Source: Asterias rubens (lineage: Eukaryota). Taken from it: a DNA stretch of 64,000 nucleotides. Shown in pieces: positions 55,575 through 64,000 of the stretch (position 1 is the stretch's first letter; each line of letters opens with the position of its first letter). The translations under genes and the position numbers were made by a program. The stretch is taken from assembly GCF_902459465.1 (NCBI RefSeq), contig NC_047073.1, forward strand, positions 10,292,001 through 10,356,000, read 5' to 3'. The notes under the pieces are model-generated. The model made no database searches, was not told the DNA's origin, and saw only the letters and a program-made list of their open reading frames with translations.

Positions 55575-56838
55575 AGAACAAAAAAATTACTTTTAGAATT
55601 AATCACTGTATTTATCCGGATCATAAATTATGTTGACGACCAGATACTTTGTTTTTAATAAAGTTTTTGTTTTGTTTTGTGTTCCATTGAGAATCAACAT
55701 ATTATACTTTATCAAATTAATTTATACAATCATTTATACTTGGCAAGGGGCAATTTGGGTGCACTTAACCTCTTGCTCAATTTTCATTTCTCCCCATAAC
55801 TTGTTTTTGCAATTTGTTGTTCATGTTTGTGCTTAAACACATCATTCAGCAACACACCCCATATCATCATTGGTATGTGTACAAAACAACTACCATGCAA
55901 ATGAAGGCTTCAATGGAGGCTTTGCCACTGAATATTCATGTAACTTTTGGCCAATCACAGTTTGTGTTGGGCAGCCAAGCCAATCAGGAGCATTGTGGGC
56001 GTGTGTTTCATGGCATGGTAAAACATAGCTAATCAACCAATCAAGGGAGGCAAGATTGGATCGGTTTAGAATGTGTCACTCAGTCCACGGAGGTAGAACA
56101 GTCCAACAACTAAAAGGTGTCTATTGTTCTTTTATCTGAGTCCGGCTATAATGATCGTACATGCAAATTCGTATTTAGTTATAATACAAAAAAAGTAGAA
56201 ATTAATTTACAGTTTTTTTACAGTAATTGTTTCTTTGTTTATTCTTCTTTCCTTTAAGAAATCAGTATTATTCTCAACTGAGTAAAAATATTCTTGGTTT
56301 TAATAGTACAATCATTCCCTTCAAACAAAATTTGACAACAAAAATATCTTCAGAGCATTATGTTATTTCAGAACACACAAACAATCAGTTTAGCAGTTGG
56401 TATAATTATAAAACTATATGAACATTTGCTTTATTCATTTTGTGTTTCAAATTTTGGCAAAAATTAGTAGTAAACTAGTAGGCAAACTAGTAGTATGTAA
56501 ATAACTTGCAAAGAGTAAGCAAAAATATGTTAGCAGAAATTGGGAAGGCAACCAGGGGTAGTAATGTGAAGCGCTTTGGGAAGGCAACCTTATTGGGAAG
56601 GCAACCCATTCTTGGTGCCTTTTAGTTCACATTTGTTTGTCACTGGTGCTCATCTAACTGTCTGCTCGGAATATAAATTATGAAGCAAAATCTTCTTCTA
56701 TCATAGCTTGATGAAAATGGTAATTTGAGAGATAATTTGTAAGTATTTGCTTGGACCCAATTTTTATAGAGCTGCTTAAGTACAGCAAATTATGCTTATG
56801 CGTATTTTGGATAGTATAACCTTATTCTGCTTATCTAC

Positions 56839-57215
56839 TTAAGGGCACTGAACATCTTTGGTAATTGTCAAAGACCACTTGGCGTATCTCAACATATGCA
56901 TACATACAACAACAAAACTGTGAAGATTTTAACTAAATTTAACGTTGAAGTTGCGTGAGAATAATGGCAGAAAAAACACCCTTGTCGCACAAATGTGTGT
57001 TTTCAGATGCTTGAATTTGAGACCTCAGCTTAGCTGATGAGGTCTCAAATTCAATTAAAGTTTTTTAGTGAGAAATTGCTTCTTTCTAAAAAGCTACGTT
57101 TCTTCAGAGGGAGCAATTTCTCACAATGTTTTACACTACCAACAGCTCTCCATTGCTCGTTACCAAGTCAGTTTTTACACTAACAACTATTTTGATAATA
57201 ATCGATAGTGTCCAG
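56839..57215 (+). mobile_element. Kolobok-type MITE A, diverged
   Basis: Internal homology to family A; left TTAA. Confidence 0.7.
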
Positions 57216-57523
57216 TCCCCAAGCTGCTCTCTGAAATTGGGTCCAGCTGAGCCCAAATTCATAGAGCTGCTTAAACAGCAAATTGTTTTACAGTTTTCTG
57301 CTAAGCAAAAATACGCAGGATACCAGTCACAGATGGTAATTGTGGAATGGTATTTTGGCTGGTTACCTTATTCTGGTGTGCATGATTTTGTTTTGCATTG
57401 CTACTGTTTGTGCTTAAATGAAAAAGCAGCTCTATAAAATTGGGCCCTGGAATTTATTGAAAGAACATAGTTCCATAAAAATACCCCCTCAATAAAACAA
57501 AAAGTAAACTATTTCATTTAGGT

Positions 57524-57709
57524 TTACGGCACTTGGCATTGATAAGTCCCTTCTTGAGTCGGGCTCGGATTCTCTTCTATGCCTTTAGGGATACATTCCA
57601 CTGCATTCTGAGTGATCGTACACTGAAGATCAAAGTCATTACCAACTCCTTGTTTGGCTAAGAACCGCGTCGTTAATCCACTCACTTGAAGGGGTAACGG
57701 TTTTGGATC
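57524..57709 (-). CDS. Gene A candidate terminal exon
   Basis: Phase-0 acceptor (TAATTCAG), then DPKPLPLQVSGLTTRFLAKQGVGNDFDLQCTITQNAVECIPKGIEENPSPTQEGTYQCQVP*. An internal CAA|GTGAGT donor could instead make it a 24-nt micro-exon. Confidence 0.45.
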   Translation of the reverse strand, partial: DPKPLPLQVSGLTTRFLAKQGVGNDFDLQCTITQNAVECIPKGIEENPSPTQEGTYQCQVP

Positions 57710-60700
57710 CTGAATTAGATAATAGAAAGATAGATAAAACTTTGTTATCCCTCCAACTGGGGAAATAAAAATGGCCTTGGCAAAGAACTGTGTGCAGATA
57801 CAATACAAACGATCAGTAACGGAAGGATAACAATTTTAAACATGCATACAATACACACACATTTAGAGAAATCAATAGTTAAAACAGCATGAATTTGGTA
57901 ATTAGGGACTAGATTCAGCAACACAACAGCTCATCGCTCCAACCACTCATTGTATCAACTCCCGGACCAAATAATAATAATAATGAACGGCACTTATATA
58001 GCGCTTCACACAACAGTCCCGAAGCGCTTTACAAAAAATTAATGAGTAAACAGGTAGCATCGTGTTCTGATCCTTCCTTGCAAAGAACATTTTCGTCTGA
58101 AGTTGGTGTGGAATTTTGCATAGCTGTTTGGATCGCTACGCAGCTCACAGGGCTGTGTACACTCCCCAGGGAGGGAACTGAGAAAGATCAAAGAAATTTT
58201 ATTGACCCAGCGACCAGGGCACCATTATAAAGCACATTGATACGTTATTGTTAAATGCGCTACATAAGAACTAGTTCTTATTATTATTTGGTGATCTGAC
58301 AAGTAATGGCGCCCTTGAATGGCATTTACTTTGTCAGATACTGTGCGCTCTATAAGTGCTGTATACTATTTTGATTTTTTCAAAAGTTGGATAAATGTAA
58401 CACCAACAAATCTTTGGCTATGAAGTCTTTCATTACCTCACAGCTGACTCCATCCTCCAGCAGGCGCCCTCCATTTTCACAGAGGCAGGTCCGTTTGGTC
58501 CAATCCAGAAGGCTGCCCTGAGGGCATGCACAGATATAGTCCGTCAGTTTTGAGGGGGAGGGAAGGCAGATATGGGAGCAGGTACTATTCAGACATCGGT
58601 TAGGGATAACTGTAAATAAAATAAAACCCACAGTATTGGTCAGTTTAGAAATGAAAGCAAGGGAATTGACACTATAGATATTAAAAGCTATAAACGAAAT
58701 TTTACTAAGGACTAAGAGTACTGCACTTGTAAACCTTTTTAAGAGTCCAGTAGTACAGTATAGTAATAGCATGGTGGGAAATTTACAAATCAAATTCATG
58801 GAAAATTACTTCTTTCTCGGAAACTACGTTACTTCAGAGGGAGCCGTTTCTCCCAATGTTTTATACTATCAACAGCTCTCCATTACTCGGTACCAAGACA
58901 GTTTTTATGCTAAAAATTATTTTGAATAATTACCAATAGTGTCCACTGCCTTTAATTGAATAAGAGTACATGAAATGTTGAGTTTTAGTCTGAGAAACAT
59001 TTGCCAAACATTCTCGCATTAGACAATATTATATCTATTAAGTGTTTGTTCAAATAAACAAGGTTTATATTTATGTTAAATTGTGAAGAAAGTTTGTTTG
59101 CAGTCTGATTTTGGGTTTTGTCCAGTAAAAGTGTTCAGCTACAAGCCCTCTTTAGGGTACCCTCTTTAGGGTATTCAAGCGAAACTCTCAATGTCTCCAT
59201 AATTGTTCAATAGAGTCTCCATGATTGCAAAATGCAAAAAAAGTAGGCTTATCCTAGTGTCACTGACACTGTCATCTTGGTATCTTCCATAAACAATGTT
59301 TTAAAACCTTACGTACCTCCAAACTCGGACCGGTGTTCAATTGCTGACATAAATAAAGGTCTAGTGTCTAACTGAATAGAATCCAGTATCTCTCCAGTAA
59401 ACTTGTTGGCGATGGTAACTTCTTTTGAATTCCAGTCGCCCCAGAACACCATGTGCTGTAAAGATCAAGAAATATCTTGGAATTACAAGTTTCTTTTTTT
59501 TTTTAGGCATACATTTTGTTGTATCTTGATCGAGGTTGTATTGGACCTAAAATGAATATAATCATTCATAATACTCTTCATACTTTAGTGTGTTTTCTGG
59601 TTTGTTTAAATCTGAAAATGTTGAATTAAAGGCAGTGGACACTATTGGTAATTACTCAAAATAATTATTATCATAGAACCTTTCTTGATTACGAGGTAAT
59701 GGGGAGAGGTTGATAGTATAAAACATTGTGAGAAACAGCTCCCGAAGTAACATAGTTTTCGAGAAAGAAGCAATTTTCCACGAATTTGATTTCTAGACCT
59801 CAGGTTTAGAATTTGAGGTTTCAAAATCAAGCATCTGAAAGCACACAACTTCGTGTGACCATGGTGCAACAAGCGTGTTTTTTTCTGTCATTAATATCTC
59901 GCAACTTCGACGACCGATTGAGCTCAAATTTTCACAGGTTTGTTATTTTATGCATTATGTTAAAACACCAAGCGAGAAGACTGGTCTTTGACAATTACCA
60001 ATAGTGTCCAGTGTCTTTAATGAGTCCTGAAAAGTCTACTAATATAAAACCTACACATAATAATGTTCGTGTAGGTCAGTCAATTGTACTCAATACAATT
60101 TTCCTACTTTTTTTCCCAAGGACCAACTATCATGCTGGTATAATGTCACTGGGCTTCATTCGCCCACATATGGATCTCAGGGCTCTCGCTTTTTGTAAAA
60201 ATAGCTCACTGGGCCTTGTGAACTCTGCAATATACTCGCCCCCCAGGACAGTTTAGAAGCCCAGGTTTTAAAGATAAATTGACATGAATATTTCTTTCTG
60301 ATGTATTAATGCAGGAAGCAATCACAACTAGCATAATGGTCAAATTAAGTAACATTCACACACTCAAAAAAAAACTTTCTGAAAAGCACCGGAGAAGGCT
60401 AAATTAAAATCTGTCTATTCTCATGTGAACTCAAGTTTCTAAATGATTGAAAACAATTATATGAATTTCAGCAAAAATCACTTGTTGCCGTTTTATCAGG
60501 GGAGACCCCTGATCTAATATCTCATCATCATTGATCGCAATGTGATGTCTGGCATTTACTGTAACATGTACTCCTTATTATCAAAACCTTTTATTCTCTC
60601 TTTACCTGGTGAAGAGCGATACCAAAAGGGTGCTGTACTTTCGGGTTGTTCTGAATCAGAATGCGTCGTCCGTCACCGTCGAACCCAGCGTATTCCATTC

Positions 60701-63700
60701 TGTCCAGTTTACTATCCACCCAGTAAACCCGTCTAGCTTGGAAATCTAGCGTCAGTCCATTAGGCCATCCAATGTTAGTGTATACCAGTTTTAGAGGCTG
60801 AGAACCATCTAAACCTGCTTTGCCGATCATTGCATTGTCTCCCCAGTCAGTCCAGTACAGGTACCTGAGCAATAAGAGTAAAAAAGAGACAGTACAGTTT
60901 TAGGCACTGGACACTATTGGTCATTACTCAGAATAGTTGTTAGCATAAAAAAACTTAATTGTAACAAGTAATGGAGAGCTGTTGATAGTACAACAAATTG
61001 TGAGAAACATAGTAACATAGTTTTTTCATAGAGCCCAATTTCACAAAAATTTGCTTAGCATGAAATTTCTTCCTTGATAAAAACAGGATTACCAACAAAA
61101 TTTCCATTTGTTGCATATTTCTTGTTACTGGTATTCAGCTGTTATTTGCTTATCCTAAAAATCACTTGGAAATTTGGTTGGTAGTCCTGTTATTATCAAG
61201 GAAGAAATTTCATGCTAAGCAAATTTTGTGCTGAGCAGCTCTATGAAATTGGGCCCAGGTCAGCACTCGTACTCAACAAAATTGTCCCTCTTCTTTTCCA
61301 GGTTGAAATATCAAACCTGCACAAATTGTTTTTAAAGTTCAAGAATGTTTCCAAACTGATAAAACATACCCCTCTTTTGGGTCCACTGCGAGATCTCGTG
61401 GCTTGTCCAAATTCTTCAGGATTTTCGTTGATGGGAACTGGCCATTGTTACTGACAACATCAATGGACGCAGGTTGTTCTGTGTTCACCCAGTAGAGGTT
61501 TTTACTGACCCAGTCATATGCTAGCCCCTCGGAGGTGTTGGCTATTCCAGAAATCACGGTCCGGTCCGTTGCTAAAAGTGTCTGACCAACATTTCCTCCA
61601 CTAGTGAAATACCTAAAAGAAGCAATGAGAAACAAAAATGGTTTAAAAGTTGGAATGGGTTCTTTGCCTGGTAGCACAGTCCATACCAGTCATACTCAGT
61701 TCCACTCTAATAACCAGATCATATGTAGCAACCCATTTTAACCTTTCCCATCCCCCTTAAACCTTCTCCTGTCAGCATCAGTCCAACTTAACTAATCTAA
61801 GTTTAACAACAAACTTCAATATGTGGCGTAAATGGCCAAGTGGTCTAGTTCAACGGACCTAAGCTGCTTTGGTTCGAATCTCGGTCATGACACTTGAGCA
61901 AGGCATTTGACCATAATTGCTTCTTAAAAAGTTGGGAAGATAGTGCACTCTGCTCTACCAACCAGGCTCCTAGTGGATGATACACAAACCTACATCCTTA
62001 AAGACTGTAAAGGGTAAACCCTGGTTAGCCCCAGTAGTATAGGTGGCAACGTGTGAGTTGGGCGATATTTAATTAAAAATTGTTTTAACAAGAAAACTCA
62101 TCACATTCAAATTTAATCTACTGCTTTGCCAGTCCAGCCCGTTTAAACCTAATTAAACCCAAATCTACTCCATAAAAAAAGTTTCTTCTATCTATTAACC
62201 CTATTTTTATTATTATTATTATTATTATTATTACTCATCAAAGATTTCTGTTTTGTTGCGTTGTTTATTTTGTGACATTAATTATCCACACCTACATAAT
62301 AATATAATTTAAATTAACCTGTATTTGAATTGTCTTCGTAACTGCCATCATTAAATAGATGTTTATTGACGTGAATTGTAGCCCAGCCCATATAAACCCA
62401 TTTTACCATGGTAAAGTAAAGAGAATCCAGATTTCTCACTGTACCTGTCGATTGTATCAAGCGCAATATCACCAACAAACATTGCATCTTCCCCACCATA
62501 GGTTATACCAACGACGTCATTCCACCGACCCTGCACATCGTCAAATTGTAACCTCGATGTATCAACCTCCAGAACCTTCAACTGAGCAGCTACCAACAAC
62601 TAATCATCAAGAAGAAATTTAGAGAGACTTATTATAGAGGTCAGGCATGATATTCTTCCTACTTAAAGACACTGGACACCTTTAGTAATTGTCAAAGACC
62701 AATCTTCTCACTAGGTATATCTCAACATTATGCACAAAATAACAAACCTGTGAAAATTTGAACTCAATTGGTCATCAAAGTTGCAAGATAATAATGTAAG
62801 AAAAAACACCCTTGTCACACGAAGTTGTGCTTTCAGATGCTTGATTTGGGGACCTCAAAATCTAATCATAAGGTCTCGAAATCAAATTCAAATATTTTAG
62901 TGGAAAATAACTTCTTTCTCGAAAACTGCGTTACTCCAGAGGGAGCCGTTTCTCACAATGTTTGATACTAACAACAGTTCTCCCTTGCTTGTTACCAAGT
63001 AAGTTTTTATGCTAACAATTTTTTTGAGTAATTACCAATAGTGTCCAGTGCCTTTAAGTCTGATTTCTGAATTTTGGACCCTCAGCAAATAGCAAAATTG
63101 CGAAGAAGAACAGGAGAACACATTGAAAAAGAAGTTGGAAGTCGAGGAGTAACACGGCTAAAAAGGATGTTTGGGGAAGATTGAATATGGGATTGGGTAG
63201 ATGATTGGTTGGTTAAAATATGGAAACATTTTTTGGGGTTGTACAAAGAAGAATTGCCTAGAGCAGGAATTGAACCAGCAACCTGAGGATTAAAATTCCA
63301 GCGCCCTACAAACTGATCAGTGGAGCCATAGCCCTAAATGTTGGCGGTCTTCCTGATTTGTCAATGTATCTTTGTTCAGGGGTGCCAGTCGAAAGCCATA
63401 TAACCGTTAACTGCCGTGTAGCCAGGGATCACATAAATATTGTATGCTACAACATGGGAGTGGCAGCCAGGGGATCACCTTAAGGGGGATGTAACTTTTT
63501 ATTTCAGATATCAAACAATGTACAACAAGGGAAACTGACTGTGCAAATTTTTAAATGATTTGGGGTTGTACAAAGAATTACCCCATGTTTCAAAACCCTT
63601 GTGGTTTATTATTTCAAAAACATGGAAGACCGGCAATTACCTTGGGTGGTGTTGGGAATGCGTGTCGACATGTTCGATTGTCTGGTAGAAGAACGTAATT

Positions 63701-63798
63701 ATCAGGGCAAATACACTGTAGTCCTGCCAGCAAGCTGAGACATTGTACCCCAGGGCATGGGTCAGGTTGTGTTGTACCACACCAATCTGGAACATTCT
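57524..63798 (-). CDS. Gene A span (3' part, continues beyond window): paralogous LRP-like gene
   Basis: Six exons homologous to the gene B module, with the same phases and sizes, plus a unique phase-0 exon ending in TAA. Confidence 0.82.
58437..58609 (-). CDS. Gene A exon: 8-Cys EGF
   Basis: [57 protein letters not shown]; 173 nt, GT donor. Confidence 0.9.
58792..58955 (+). mobile_element. Kolobok-type MITE A, 3' half
   Basis: Ends AGTGTCCACTGCCTTTAA. Confidence 0.75.
59317..59455 (-). CDS. Gene A exon: propeller last blade
   Basis: [46 protein letters not shown]; 139 nt. Confidence 0.87.
59626..60020 (-). mobile_element. Kolobok-type MITE A
   Basis: TIRs and TTAA flanks. Confidence 0.85.
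60606..60864 (-). CDS. Gene A exon: propeller
   Basis: [20 protein letters not shown]...[10 protein letters not shown]...HPFGIALHQ; 259 nt. Confidence 0.93.
61031..61256. mobile_element. Same GGGCCC-ended MITE family
   Basis: Homologous to 36497-36746. Confidence 0.68.
61370..61612 (-). CDS. Gene A exon: propeller
   Basis: [25 protein letters not shown]...PRDLAVDPKEG; 243 nt. Confidence 0.92.
61822..61960 (+). mobile_element. Degraded tRNA-derived SINE fragment
   Basis: TGGCCAAGTGG A-box-like and GGTTCGAATCTC B-box-like motifs followed by GACACTTGAGCAAGGCA. Confidence 0.45.
62445..62599 (-). CDS. Gene A exon: propeller start
   Basis: LLVAAQLKVLEVDTSRLQFDDVQGRWNDVVGITYGGEDAMFVGDIALDTIDR; 155 nt. 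Confidence 0.88.
62663..63057 (+). mobile_element. Kolobok-type MITE A
   Basis: TIRs and TTAA flanks. Confidence 0.85.
63641..63798 (-). CDS. Gene A exon: EGF
   Basis: [53 protein letters not shown]; 158 nt, phase 1-0. Confidence 0.9.
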
Positions 63799-64000
63799 CT
63801 GTAGGGGAGACAGATATTGGTCATTGGGTTGAGTTTGGTAGGTTATAAGACAATGTAGGGGGAAACTTAAAGAAAACTTTGTATCACAAGTTGCTTTAAT
63901 AGTTTGGATAGAAAATGGCTGCTAATTGATCTGAGCAAACTGAAGAGTGCTTTCTATTCTTTTTACAAACTTTATAAGCTCCTTATTGTGTTTTTTCTAC

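Noticed and set aside
52255-58437. Genes A and B as one continuous LRP1/LRP2-sized gene
   Set aside because: Gene A's last module exon ends in phase 0 while gene B's LDLa exons start in phase 1, and a TATA plus signal-peptide exon intervenes. Not excluded without RNA data.

Overview
Eukaryotic (animal) genomic DNA. It is AT-rich with GT-AG introns and dense MITE/SINE content. The repeat families and GPCR style suggest an echinoderm, probably a sea star; this is recollection and inference, not a database result. There are three minus-strand coding units. (1) The 5' 810 nt of an apparently intronless class A GPCR runs off the left edge and was missed by the ORF track. (2) 'Gene B' is a 43-exon LDL-receptor-family (LRP-like) gene spanning about 52255 to 5223. 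It encodes a signal peptide, 8 LDLa, EGF, a YWTD propeller, 2 EGF, then four copies of a 7-exon phase-0/phase-0 module [2 LDLa-EGF-divergent YWTD propeller-8-Cys EGF], about 2,600 aa in total. No transmembrane or NPxY exon was found, so it looks secreted. (3) 'Gene A' is the 3' end of a paralogue (64000 to about 57524) with the same module and a different candidate last exon. Gene B grew by two very recent, frame-preserving tandem duplications (about 7.3 kb and 3116 bp) whose junctions fall inside MITEs at short microhomologies. It also has a probable 1-bp frameshift near 38057. Introns carry many Kolobok/T2-type TTAA MITEs, other TIR MITEs, tRNA-derived SINEs, an RTE-LINE fragment with a visible empty site, Penelope-like remnants with decayed hammerhead cores, and satellites. 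All exon boundaries and counts were derived by hand and are untested against RNA data. The near-identical duplications could be assembly artefacts.
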